25,027 nt of DNA, taken from positions 1 to 25,027 of the forward strand of contig CAYTND010000001.1 of the NCBI GenBank assembly GCA_964438965.1, written 5' to 3'. This DNA is from an uncultured Pirellulales bacterium (GTDB taxonomy: Bacteria; Planctomycetota; Phycisphaerae; Sedimentisphaerales; Anaerobacaceae). Made by a program: the position numbers and the translations under genes. The notes under the pieces are model-generated. The model was given only the letters and a program-made list of their open reading frames with translations, did no database searches and was not told the origin of the DNA. This document shows, in pieces, positions 1-9,379 of this stretch; position 1 is the first letter of the stretch; each line of letters opens with the position of its first letter.

Positions 1-1854
1 GAGGTCCATAACCTCGAAGATACGCTGGCTCGTCATCCCGTCCGGGCCGAACTGTCCGGTCATCGCCAGGCGCAAAGCGTTTGCCCGTCCGCGGCTTGAA
101 TGTTCCTCGTCGAGCGTTGCACGATAGCTCGGACACATGGTCCCATCAAGCTTCTGGCGGCAGGCGCCCACGCCCGTGCACATTTCGACCGCAGCGGCGA
201 AGCTGCCGTCCTCGCGGTAGTGGTATTCGGTAGGCTCTGTGGGCGTTCTGTACGTAGTGCCGTAGCGAAGGTCCTGATCCATCGCATTAGGCTCGATGAT
301 GAGGCCCGGGTTCATTAGCCCCGCCGGGTCAAAGAGTGCCTTTACCTCTCTAAAGGCCTCATAGATTTGAGAGCCGAAGAACCTTTCTAAGAAGGGACTT
401 CTGACCCGGCCGTCACCGTGTTCGCCGCTCCAGGCGCCGCCATAGCTCTTTATCAAACCAAAAGCAAATTCAGCGATTGCTTTCATATTGTCGATGTCTT
501 CGGAGTCTTTCAAGTTCAAAATCGGTCTGATGTGAATGGTTCCAACGCTGGCGTGGGCATACATTGCCACGCGAACGCCGCGTCCCTTGCAAAATGTTAA
601 TATCTGGTTTACATATTCCGGCAGTACTTCGATCGGAACGCAGGAATCCTCGATGAAGGGGAGCGGCTTGCGGTCACCCTTCATACCAAGTATCAGCCCT
701 AAGCCGTTCTTCCTGACGCCCCAGACCTTGGCCTGTTCGGCCGGTTCAGTTATCACCGGCCAGGCATACCCGATTTTTTGTTCTTGCAGGTCCACTGCAA
801 GAGCCTGGCTTTTTTGCTCAGCCTCTTCGGACGTCTCGCCAAAGAACTCCACTACAAGAATAGCCTTTGGGTCACCCTGGATGAAACCGCACAGTGGTGC
901 GACACTTAGGTTCTTTCGGGCCCTGACAACCACGTCGGCGTCCAGTATCTCCACAGCGGACGGTTTGTGCTTCAATATCACCGCGACGGTGCGAATCGCT
1001 TCGAGCAACTCAGTGAAGTGCACGGTACATAACGCCTTGCACTTCGGCGGCGGCTCCAAGTTGAGCTTGGCCTCGAGAAATATGCCCAGTGTGCCTTCGC
1101 TTCCAATCAAGAGGTTTGTCAGGTTCCAGCGGTCGGTATTGATAAAGGCGTCGAGGTTGTAGCCGTTGACGCGGCGCATGACCTTGGGGAATCGTTTTTC
1201 AATCTCGCTGCGATTGGCCTCTATGATATTTTTGAATCCACTGAGTATTTCTGCTTCACGGGCGTTTGGGTCACCCGATTTCGCCCGGCGGTCGTACTCC
1301 GACAGTGAAAGCTCTTCTAATTTTAGTGTTGTTCCGTCCGGCAGCAGAACTTTAGTAGCCAGTACATGGTCGCACGTTCTGCCGTAGATAATGCTTTTTG
1401 TTCCGGACGAGTTGTTTCCCATCATACCGCCGATGGTGGCCCGGCTGCTGGTGGCTGGGTCGGGTGCAAAGAAAAGTCCGTGCGGGGCCAGCTCGGTGTT
1501 AAGCACATCAAGGACTATCCCCGGCTGGACCCTAACCCAACGATCCTCGAGGTTCAATTCGAGAATCTTGTTCATATACTTCGAGAAATCAACAACCATA
1601 GATGGCCCGACCGCCTGCCCGCCCAGACTCGTACCGGCGCCTCGAGGCAGAATATTGACGTTATACTCGGCTGCTGTTTTCACAGCCGCAAGCACATCCC
1701 CTTCATCACGCGGCCATAACACGGCCACCGGCGTAATTTGATAGATGCTGGCGTCTGTTGCATAAACGCCACGAGTGACATCGTCAAAAGAGACCTCGCC
1801 GCTGATGCGATCGCGAAGTGCCTGCTCAAAATCTTTAAGTTTTGTCTCTTCCAC
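1..1854 (-). CDS. FAD-linked oxidoreductase with C-terminal Fe-S domain (GlcD/YdiJ-like 2-hydroxyacid, e.g. lactate, dehydrogenase); partial, 3' end beyond the left edge
   Basis: Hand translation from GTG at 1854, preceded by AAGGAG: VEETKLKDFEQALRDRISGEVSFDDVTRGVYATDASIYQITPVAV...ILPRGAGTSLGGQAVG...FAPDPATSSRATIGGMMGNNSSG...YAHASVGTIHIRP...WSGEHGDGRVRSP...LFDPAGLMNPG...EMCTGVGACRQKLDGTMCPSYRAT...RGRANALRLAM. The motifs were read in spot translations that share one frame ending at base 1; the whole gene was not translated. It is absent from the ORF track, consistent with no stop inside the window. Confidence 0.92.
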   Translation of the reverse strand, partial: MEETKLKDFEQALRDRISGEVSFDDVTRGVYATDASIYQITPVAVLWPRDEGDVLAAVKTAAEYNVNILPRGAGTSLGGQAVGPSMVVDFSKYMNKILELNLEDRWVRVQPGIVLDVLNTELAPHGLFFAPDPATSSRATIGGMMGNNSSGTKSIIYGRTCDHVLATKVLLPDGTTLKLEELSLSEYDRRAKSGDPNAREAEILSGFKNIIEANRSEIEKRFPKVMRRVNGYNLDAFINTDRWNLTNLLIGSEGTLGIFLEAKLNLEPPPKCKALCTVHFTELLEAIRTVAVILKHKPSAVEILDADVVVRARKNLSVAPLCGFIQGDPKAILVVEFFGETSEEAEQKSQALAVDLQEQKIGYAWPVITEPAEQAKVWGVRKNGLGLILGMKGDRKPLPFIEDSCVPIEVLPEYVNQILTFCKGRGVRVAMYAHASVGTIHIRPILNLKDSEDIDNMKAIAEFAFGLIKSYGGAWSGEHGDGRVRSPFLERFFGSQIYEAFREVKALFDPAGLMNPGLIIEPNAMDQDLRYGTTYRTPTEPTEYHYREDGSFAAAVEMCTGVGACRQKLDGTMCPSYRATLDEEHSSRGRANALRLAMTGQFGPDGMTSQRIFEVMDL

Positions 1855-1988
1855 TTTGCTCCTTGAGATTCATTAGCTTTTCAGAAATTTTTACAATGCA
1901 GCCAAAAGCATATTGACACGGTTCTGCGTGCTGCTGCATCCCGTAAGACCTATTTGTCAGAAAAAATGCGTACTTGACAAGGTCTGCA

Positions 1989-3773
1989 TTATAACTTTCC
2001 CTTTGTTCCATAATGAATGACAGCGGCGGCGGCAGCGGCGATCAAGACAGCAATCACCGTCCCCAAATTAAACAGTCCGTTCTCGGAATACCATACGATG
2101 GAATAGCCCACTGCCCCAACGAGCAGGGAGTAATAAACAAATGGCAATAACGTCCTGCGAATCACAAGCCCCTCTTTGCCCAGCAGTCCTACGACGGCTG
2201 AAGCGGCGACGACATTGTGCACGCAAATCATATTCCCTGCGGCGCCGCCCACGGCCTGCAGCGCGACTATCCAGGTCGGATCGACACCGATACGCTGGCC
2301 TACATCAAATTGGAACAATGAAAACATCATATTGCTGATGGTATTACTTCCGGCTACAAACGCGCCTATCCCACCGATGAACGGGGCAAAGATGGGCCAG
2401 GCAGAACCCGCCAGAGCCGCTATGCCCTCAGCCAGCGCTATGGGCATTTTGGCATAGTCTGCCGCTCCGCCGTCCGAGTTGATGAACACCTGCACCATTG
2501 GGACGGTGAAAATAAGGGCGATCGAGGCCGCCAGGGCGGTTTTAATGGAGCTGGCCCAGGCCCGCTTGTAAGAAACCCAGTCAATTCCATGCAAAAAGTA
2601 TGTGATGAAGGAGACCAGAATAAAAATAGTCCCCGGTAGATAAAGCGGCTTAAAAGATGGCGCAATATCAGTCCCGAACAGATTCGGCAACATCACTTTC
2701 CAGGATACCCATTCTGCCAATGGCAGGGCTTTCAATCGTGTCAAAAACAAAAGCAATGCCACGAACAGGTAAGGCAGCCAGGCCTTTATCAAACTCATAG
2801 TTTTGTTGTTCTTGTCATCAACGCTGATTTCGATATTACCGAACCACTCCGGGTCCCAGTTCTCTTTTTTATCAAATTCCCAATGCTCCTCCCTGGGCGG
2901 CATCAGAAATCCTTTCCGCGCCGCAGTAGTTACGATGGCCAGGCCAACCAGACTGCCGAACAGAGATGGGAACTCAGGTCCCAGCGTATGGGCCACGATA
3001 ACATAAGGTATTATCATTGCCAGACTGGCGAATAAAGCGAACTTCCAAACACGAAGTCCCTCTCGAAACGATTTGTTTTTGCCGAAGAACCTCGTGAGAA
3101 AACAAACAACTATAAGCGGAATCAGCACCCCGGCTATGGCGTGCAACAGGGCGACCTTGGCCCCGATCATGCCAAGGAAATCACTGCTAAAGAGACCACT
3201 CTCGTCGGACATGCCTATTTGTAAGGCATAATCGTGCACTTTCTGTCCCGTCGAAAGACCGTCATTGACTCCAACGAGAATGGGAGTGCCCGCCGCCCCA
3301 AAGGACACGGGCGTGCTTTGAATAATCATTCCCGATACGACCGCGGCCAGGGGGGGAAATCCCAGACCGACCAAAAGCGGCACGCAGATCGCCGCAGGTG
3401 TGCCGAATCCCGCCACCGCTTCCATAAGCGAGCCGAACAGCCAGGCAATAATGATCACTTGAATCCGCCTGTCCGGCGTAATGTCCGTAAAGCCTTTTCG
3501 GATGGCTCGCAGTCCGCCGCTCTCCTGCAACGTGTTCAAGAGCAGGATCGCCCCGAAAATGATATAAAGCAGTTTTCCCGCAATGACCAATCCATTGGCC
3601 GAAGCAGCGGCAACCCGTACGCCAGGAACCTTCCACACAAGCAGAGCCAGCCCTACGGCTACAAAGTAGCAAACCGGCATAGCCCGACTTGCCGGCCAGC
3701 GCAACACGACCAGGAACAGTGCCACTGCAATAATGGGCAACAGCGAAAGAATGGATAGCATCTCGATTGTCAT
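1989..3773 (-). CDS. lctP: L-lactate permease family transporter (LctP/LldP)
   Basis: 594-aa polytopic membrane protein with family motifs [63 protein letters not shown] and [21 protein letters not shown] lies upstream of the ATG. Confidence 0.95.
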   Translation of the reverse strand: MTIEMLSILSLLPIIAVALFLVVLRWPASRAMPVCYFVAVGLALLVWKVPGVRVAAASANGLVIAGKLLYIIFGAILLLNTLQESGGLRAIRKGFTDITPDRRIQVIIIAWLFGSLMEAVAGFGTPAAICVPLLVGLGFPPLAAVVSGMIIQSTPVSFGAAGTPILVGVNDGLSTGQKVHDYALQIGMSDESGLFSSDFLGMIGAKVALLHAIAGVLIPLIVVCFLTRFFGKNKSFREGLRVWKFALFASLAMIIPYVIVAHTLGPEFPSLFGSLVGLAIVTTAARKGFLMPPREEHWEFDKKENWDPEWFGNIEISVDDKNNKTMSLIKAWLPYLFVALLLFLTRLKALPLAEWVSWKVMLPNLFGTDIAPSFKPLYLPGTIFILVSFITYFLHGIDWVSYKRAWASSIKTALAASIALIFTVPMVQVFINSDGGAADYAKMPIALAEGIAALAGSAWPIFAPFIGGIGAFVAGSNTISNMMFSLFQFDVGQRIGVDPTWIVALQAVGGAAGNMICVHNVVAASAVVGLLGKEGLVIRRTLLPFVYYSLLVGAVGYSIVWYSENGLFNLGTVIAVLIAAAAAAVIHYGTKGKL

Positions 3774-4195
3774 TTCGTCTATCTCCCACTAAAATCCCAC
3801 AATCCTTAGGACTTACGTGAACTTGCTACATGCAATTAATTGTACTATCTTGGCAGCATGAATACCATAGGAAACCTTCTAACAAATCTTCGTACTCTAC
3901 TGTGTGGTATCCGCGAGACCTTAGGATATTTACTCAAGTAGGTTGCTCTCGCTGATACAGCTGTCCACCAGAAAAACCTCATCCAATAGGAATACGATAT
4001 TCAGAAGCAGTGAAATCTGCGAATTTTTAGTCAAAACCACAGAGGTGAATGAGCTACCGAAGACCCTTCTTCGTACGCCGAAGTATGAGTTTGCTCTGGA
4101 TGAATCCGAGCGAGGTGTCAAGGTCTCTTTTGAAGATTTCCCTGATGACAGAAATGAGTTCTTACACGACCATCTCATAGAAGTGAAGTTTGATT

Positions 4196-6040
4196 TCAGC
4201 GCGACAGCCGCGGTCCGTAGTGAGGTAGTTCCTGGCCGAGTTCGTAGCAGCCCAGGTCCGGAGCCCTGCCGGCGAAACCGTCGGTGATTTGTGGAAGGGC
4301 GATGCCGGCGTCAATGACCTTGGCGTTCTTATACAACCGCAGGTCGTAGTCACCGGGTTCATAGGTCTTGCCTTTCTCTGGTGGTGCAGCGCTCACGAAG
4401 ACGTCGTAGTCAGCCAGGATGCCGTGTTCCTCAAGACCGGTGGCCTCGTAGAATTCTTCGATGGAATTGTAATACGCGACGCTGCCCCAGTGGTCTTTCC
4501 ATTTGAACAGCAGTTCGGACTGGTTGCGGCGATAGGCGTTGTAGTCCATCGTGCTGTAGGCCGTAGGTGAGCCAGACTCCATCGCGTATTGCGTGCCGCC
4601 CATAAACAGGTTGTTCCGGAAGTGCCCGTTTTGCCAGATGGGCGGAGGACGGAAGCCTTGCCCGGCGCAACATGACGTGTTGTTGTAGGCCTCGATGCCG
4701 GCGGGATAGTTGTTCAGCTTATAGCTGAGGCTGGTGATTCCGTAAAGTTCGTTGCGGATCAGATAGACGGGTCCGCCGTAGAACGGTTGAGTGGACATGC
4801 CGGTGTGCGCGTTGTAGCAGCGGTTGCGATAGAACCGCACGTTGTGGCAGCCGTAATCCGCCTCGAAAGTGTCATCCTGCGCCCAGGATAGATCGTTGTT
4901 GTAGAAGTCAATGTTCACGCAGTGCTTGGTCACGTCAGCCACGGGCGGGCCGAAGTTGTAGATCGCGGCTGAATCGCTGAATCCTGTGATAAGGTTGTAG
5001 CAAATCACATGGCCCTGGCCGTACACGTTGATGCCGGTATGGCCCGGACTCATGTAGGTCTCACGCGGTCGCGGATACCATGTCGTGTTGATACCGACAA
5101 TCTCATTGTCTGCGATGTACCAGTTCCTGGAATTCTCACAACCGGTGTTGATACCGTACACCACATCGTAAATTCTGCATCCGCGGACGACTAAGCCAAC
5201 AGACCCGCCGGGCTTTGCGGCGTAAATAGCCGTCTGAGCGCTGCGGAAGGTGAGTCTCTCGAAATGCAGGTGATGCGTTCCATTGAGCGTCACGATTCGC
5301 GATTTGCTGCCGACACCATCACCTTCGAGGATCGCCTCGCCGTCGGCTGGGCCACGGAAGACGATTGGTTTTTCGGCTGTGCCGGACTTCTCCAGATAGA
5401 ACGGTCCGTTGTAGACACCGGGGCGAAGTAGAATTACGTCGCCGGGCTGTGCTTCTCTGAAGGCTGCTATAAGTCCCTTCTCGGGGGTGGTCTCTATCGT
5501 GAATCCATCCTCGAACGCCTTCGGCTCGGCCCGTGTTGTCGCACTAATGATCTTCGGCTCTGCCGGCGCGCCGCCATCCGGATCGGACATGGTGAACCGG
5601 ACTTCATAACTGGTGGCCGGTTCCAGGAACAGTACGCTTCCGGCAAACAAGTTGCCCGTGTAATACGGCCCGTACACTTGGTTAACCACCTCATGATGAA
5701 CGCGCAGCATTGGCAAGCCGTTCTTCCACTCTGGTTGTCCCTTCTTGCGAAACTCGACGGTGACCGAAGCATTTCGATTACTGTCACCTTGGATGTACCA
5801 TCGGAAGCCCAGGTTCTCGATTGTAGGAGGATCAACGATGAACCGCTTCGGTGTGATCTCGTCCATCTCACGGCCTACTGGAAAGCCGACAAGCGGTTTC
5901 GGCTGCCGTCTCGCTTGAGCAGACATAGTAAGCGCGGTCAGCGCCAGGGTGGTCACCACCGACATAAGCATGCAGGGACTTCTCTGTGTCTCATTCATCA
6001 TTCTCATAATCACCGCTATTGTATCCAATAAATGCCTCAA
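4196..6040 (-). CDS. Secreted right-handed parallel beta-helix (pectin-lyase-like) protein with an N-terminal FN3-like domain; true start probably later (ATG 6007 or 5971)
   Basis: Sec-like leader MLMSVVTTLALTALTMSAQA. An FN3-like segment (PPTIENLGFRWYIQGD...LEPATSYEVR) is followed by AQPGDVILLRPGVY, PIVFRG, and Asn-rich repeats (IADNEI, IDFYNNDL, VRFYRNRC, AYNNT), ending in DGFAGRAPDLGCYE. The track start is a TTG without a clear SD. Confidence 0.8.
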   Translation of the reverse strand: MRHLLDTIAVIMRMMNETQRSPCMLMSVVTTLALTALTMSAQARRQPKPLVGFPVGREMDEITPKRFIVDPPTIENLGFRWYIQGDSNRNASVTVEFRKKGQPEWKNGLPMLRVHHEVVNQVYGPYYTGNLFAGSVLFLEPATSYEVRFTMSDPDGGAPAEPKIISATTRAEPKAFEDGFTIETTPEKGLIAAFREAQPGDVILLRPGVYNGPFYLEKSGTAEKPIVFRGPADGEAILEGDGVGSKSRIVTLNGTHHLHFERLTFRSAQTAIYAAKPGGSVGLVVRGCRIYDVVYGINTGCENSRNWYIADNEIVGINTTWYPRPRETYMSPGHTGINVYGQGHVICYNLITGFSDSAAIYNFGPPVADVTKHCVNIDFYNNDLSWAQDDTFEADYGCHNVRFYRNRCYNAHTGMSTQPFYGGPVYLIRNELYGITSLSYKLNNYPAGIEAYNNTSCCAGQGFRPPPIWQNGHFRNNLFMGGTQYAMESGSPTAYSTMDYNAYRRNQSELLFKWKDHWGSVAYYNSIEEFYEATGLEEHGILADYDVFVSAAPPEKGKTYEPGDYDLRLYKNAKVIDAGIALPQITDGFAGRAPDLGCYELGQELPHYGPRLSR

Positions 6041-6153
6041 GCATTATCTCTTTTTAAATTTCTTTGCAAAAAACGTAAAAACGTTTAAAAATATCTATAA
6101 GTGGAACGATACTCCTGAACTATGAAATTGGTATAAAACTAACGGAGGCCATC

Positions 6154-7545
6154 ATGTCATCATCAAACCGTCGTGACTTCATGAAGAAGTCGGCAATGAC
6201 CGTAGGGGCCATGGTTGCTGTGCCGGTTGTGAAAAGCGGATTTGCGCAGAACAAGCCGAGTAATCAGGTCAATGTCGCAGTAGTAGGATTTGGGGGGAGA
6301 GGAAGAGCGCACTATCGAGAATTCGCTAAACAGAAGAATGTCAAAGTTGTCGCTCTATGCGATGTTGATGAGAGATTGTTCGCACGAGGCGTAAAGGACG
6401 TTGAAAAGATCGCCGGGTATAAGCCAAAGACTTATTACGATATTCGAAAGCTCCTGGAAGATAAAGATGTGGATGCAATTTCCATCGCAACGCCCGATCA
6501 CTGGCATGGGTTGATGACAATCTGGGCCTGCCAGGCGGGTAAAGACGTTTATGTCGAAAAACCGATCTCCTACACAATTGAGGAAGGTCGAAAAATGGTG
6601 CAGGCCGCCAGGAAATACAACCGAGTAGTCCAGGCGGGATTGAATAGTCGAAGTAGTTCAACTACTCGCAGTGCTGTCAAGTATCTGCACGAAGGGAATC
6701 TGGGGGACGTGTACAGATCCAAAGCGATCATTTACAAAGGACGAGCGAGCATTGGCAAAACCAAAGACTCGGCTGTTCCAAGAGGAGTACACTGGGACCT
6801 CTTTCTCGGTCCGGCTCCATATAGGCCATTCAACATGAATCGCTTCCATTACGGCTGGCATTTTTTCTGGGACACTTCGACAGCGGACATGGGAAACACC
6901 GGCGTTCACCGTATCGACGTTGCCCGATGGGGAATGAACAAGAGGATTCACCCGGTCAAGGTCCATTGTGCCGGAGGACTTTATGTGTGGGATTCCGATC
7001 AGGAAACGCCGAACGTGCAGACGGCTATTGTAGAATACGCCGACGGATCGTGCATGGACATCGAGGTCACGAATCTGTACACCAATCCAATCGGTGGAAT
7101 TCTTGGAACCGGTAATTTCTTCTACACGAACAAAGGATATATGAGTTCGGCAAATGAATACGAGGCATTTAAAGGTGAATTTATTCCGCGGTCTCCGGAT
7201 ATAGACGCTGACGGTGTGAATCGTCACGCGTCGAATGTCAGTTTTCCGGATCGAAAGTACACGCCGGCTATAACCATGGAGAAATGGGAAGGTAAAGTAG
7301 AAACCGTCAGCCATTTCGAGAATTTTATCGATTGCGTTCGTTCTCGTCGTTGGCAGGATCTTTACTGTGACATTCTCGAAGGGCACATGTCCACCTCGAT
7401 TTGTCACCTTGCCAATATTTCATTTCGAACCGGACGAAAATTAGAGTTTAATCCCCATGCTGAGAAGTTCGTAAACGATGATGATGCGAACGGTTATTTG
7501 ACACGTCAATACCGCCACCCATATATCTTACCGAAAGAGGTATGA
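6154..7545 (+). CDS. Gfo/Idh/MocA family oxidoreductase with twin-arginine leader
   Basis: NRRDFMK leader, VAVVGFGGRG Rossmann motif, ATPDHWH, YVEKP and WDLFLGPAP. GGAGG SD lies upstream. Confidence 0.93.
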   Translation: MSSSNRRDFMKKSAMTVGAMVAVPVVKSGFAQNKPSNQVNVAVVGFGGRGRAHYREFAKQKNVKVVALCDVDERLFARGVKDVEKIAGYKPKTYYDIRKLLEDKDVDAISIATPDHWHGLMTIWACQAGKDVYVEKPISYTIEEGRKMVQAARKYNRVVQAGLNSRSSSTTRSAVKYLHEGNLGDVYRSKAIIYKGRASIGKTKDSAVPRGVHWDLFLGPAPYRPFNMNRFHYGWHFFWDTSTADMGNTGVHRIDVARWGMNKRIHPVKVHCAGGLYVWDSDQETPNVQTAIVEYADGSCMDIEVTNLYTNPIGGILGTGNFFYTNKGYMSSANEYEAFKGEFIPRSPDIDADGVNRHASNVSFPDRKYTPAITMEKWEGKVETVSHFENFIDCVRSRRWQDLYCDILEGHMSTSICHLANISFRTGRKLEFNPHAEKFVNDDDANGYLTRQYRHPYILPKEV

Positions 7546-7747
7546 GCAACAGTCCCGGTGTAGGGACGAAGGATTTACAAAGAGCAGCTCGCTACGATAG
7601 GGTAGAGCTTCGTGAAGGCCTAACCGAGCGATCGCCAAAAAGCTGTTTCATGGCCAAGCAAAGTAGGACAAGTAGTGATATAACTGTGAGCCACGAAGCT
7701 CAACCATTAGTGCAGATTTTGGACCAGTCGCACCGGCCAATCAGGGT

Positions 7748-7951
7748 GCCGGTATCTATGAAAAGGTGCTTCTTTACAACGGCAAAAAGGTTCTCCATTA
7801 CGGCCTGAGTGACCAAATGGAGTATTTCGCAGAAGGAACCGAGGCCTATTTCTATCGTAACGACTTCTATCCCTTCTGTCGTGCAGAACTCAAGGAGCAC
7901 AATCCAATCTTGCATGATTTGTTGGTCGAGATATGGGGTCCATTGCAGTGA
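7748..7951 (+). pseudogene. C-terminal remnant of a zincin-like metallopeptidase
   Basis: Reads AGIYEKVLLYNGKKVLHYGLSDQMEYFAEGTEAYFYRNDFYPFCRAELKEHNPILHDLLVEIWG. An in-frame TGA sits at 7676-7678, there is no SD or ATG, and no HExxH occurs upstream in this frame. Family assignment is by recall of the EYFAE...NDFYPF motif. Confidence 0.6.
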
Positions 7952-8020
7952 TAAGAATCATGACAAAGGTAAGTCTTAGATGTGTAAAAAGTTACAGAAA
8001 TTCGGCGAAAGGAGATACAG

Positions 8021-9244
8021 ATGGTTGATTGTATGAAGCGACGCAGTTTTTTAACGAGTCTTGCAACTTTAGGTGTTGTTCCTCACCTTCGTGCTCGTGC
8101 TGAATTCATGCATGCTACAAATATAGTTGGAACAGCTGCCCAAAGTAAACGAGCGGACTTGAAAATCACAAAAGTGGAAATCCTCCAAGTGACAGGCAAG
8201 AACAAGAGAAAGGTTCTTTATTTGAAAGTCCATAGCAACGAAGGCTTGGCAGGTCTCTATGGTCCGATCGACAACGAAGCAGCGATGTTCGTTGATAGAT
8301 TCTTTAAGCGGCGCCTAATTGGACAGGACCCTCTGGCCTACGAAACATATTGGGATGGGATGTTTCGAGCGAATCGGCACTCGCGCGGCAGCCACTATAT
8401 TATGGGTCTCAGTGCTGTGGACAATGTCCTCTGGGACCTGCGCGGCCGCTACTTTGGTCTGCCTGTTTATCGACTTCTCGGTGGTTCTCGCAAGAGGGTT
8501 AGGGCCTATGCGAGTTGTTTAGGATTCTCGCAGGAACCATCTGCTCTGCGTGCGAAAGCCAAAGAGCTGAAGCAACAGGGGTACCGGCATCAGAAGTGGT
8601 TTGTACGGGACCGGGGTCCCAGCCATGGCCCTGAGGGTGTTCAAAAAGATGTGACGGTTGTGCGTTTACTCCGGGAAGCCGTGGGGGACGATGTGGACCT
8701 CATGTTTGATGCGTTCTGGAAATGGGATCTTCAGTATGCCTTGGCCTGGACCAGACGGGCAGAACAATATCGTCCGCGATGGATAGAAGAACCTTTCCAG
8801 ACTGCCAATTTGAATGCTTTCATCGAGCTAAGTCGCGAAACCTCGATCCCAGTGGCTACGGGAGAACATTTCTACGGCCGATGGGATGTACACAAGTTCC
8901 TCAAGACCGATGCCGTCATGGTGGTTCAGGCCGATCCGGAATGGTGTGGCGGAGTCAGTGAACTGGTTAAGATATGTACACTTGCATCAGTACATGGCGT
9001 GAATGTAATTCCACATGGCCACAGCCTACATGCCGCCATGCATGTAGTCGCAAGCCAACCGATAGAAATTTGTCCCCTCGTGGAGTACCTGATTCAGAAG
9101 ATGCATAGTTACTACGACCTCGAGAAACACCGGCCCAGACCTGTGGATGGGATATTGGAACTACCGGACCGACCGGGCTTTGGAATTGAATTGGATAAGT
9201 CCAAGATCGAAGACATCCGGCCAGTGTCGTGGCGACAAACTTGA
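8021..9244 (+). CDS. Mandelate racemase/muconate lactonizing (enolase superfamily) acid-sugar dehydratase, L-rhamnonate dehydratase-like, with twin-arginine leader
   Basis: GLSAVDNVLWDLRGRYFGLPVYRLLGG; metal-ligand segments LMFDAF, WIEEP and ATGEH; QADPEWCGG and IPHG. Leader KRRSFL. AAGGAG SD lies upstream. Confidence 0.9.
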   Translation: MVDCMKRRSFLTSLATLGVVPHLRARAEFMHATNIVGTAAQSKRADLKITKVEILQVTGKNKRKVLYLKVHSNEGLAGLYGPIDNEAAMFVDRFFKRRLIGQDPLAYETYWDGMFRANRHSRGSHYIMGLSAVDNVLWDLRGRYFGLPVYRLLGGSRKRVRAYASCLGFSQEPSALRAKAKELKQQGYRHQKWFVRDRGPSHGPEGVQKDVTVVRLLREAVGDDVDLMFDAFWKWDLQYALAWTRRAEQYRPRWIEEPFQTANLNAFIELSRETSIPVATGEHFYGRWDVHKFLKTDAVMVVQADPEWCGGVSELVKICTLASVHGVNVIPHGHSLHAAMHVVASQPIEICPLVEYLIQKMHSYYDLEKHRPRPVDGILELPDRPGFGIELDKSKIEDIRPVSWRQT

Positions 9245-9379
9245 TTTGGGAGCAATTCCATTGCTTAGATGGATAGCGTTATCTCGTGATCCACCCTTTG
9301 AGAGGAGAAAGTAACGAGGCGTGAGGAGGAGTTGTGGTGTATCGCTCCGAGGTGTGGCCGTACTGCTCGCGTGGCTTGG

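Noticed and set aside
60-1741. Several short ORFs in the track (e.g. 536..1162 +, 1391..1741 +)
   Set aside because: They are antisense or off-frame shadows of the FAD/Fe-S oxidoreductase at 1..1854 (-).
3834-3843. Perfect palindrome CAATTAATTG upstream of lctP
   Set aside because: It is AT-only in its core and does not resemble the LldR/FadR-type operator, so it is too weak to call.
3930-4287. Overlapping ORFs 3930..4178 (-) and 3943..4287 (+); the plus one has a protein-like stretch (EFALDESERGVKVSFEDFPDD)
   Set aside because: No SD, a TTG start or none convincing, overlap with the beta-helix gene and no recognisable family. It may be a decayed gene, but BLASTX is needed.
6070-6086. Tandem AAAACGT and AAACGTTT core in the divergent promoter, resembling a LacI-family operator centre
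   Set aside because: Symmetry does not extend beyond 8 bp in an AT-rich spacer, and no LacI-family gene is in the window.
6658-7407. 249-aa antisense ORF, and the similar 263-aa ORF at 15413..16204 (-)
   Set aside because: They lie opposite well-supported genes and show no motifs or SD, typical of codon-bias shadows.
7542-7808. 88-aa ORF overlapping the oxidoreductase stop by ATGA, considered as the frameshifted N-terminus of the peptidase
   Set aside because: It has no HExxH or signal peptide in this or the adjacent frame and no family resemblance.
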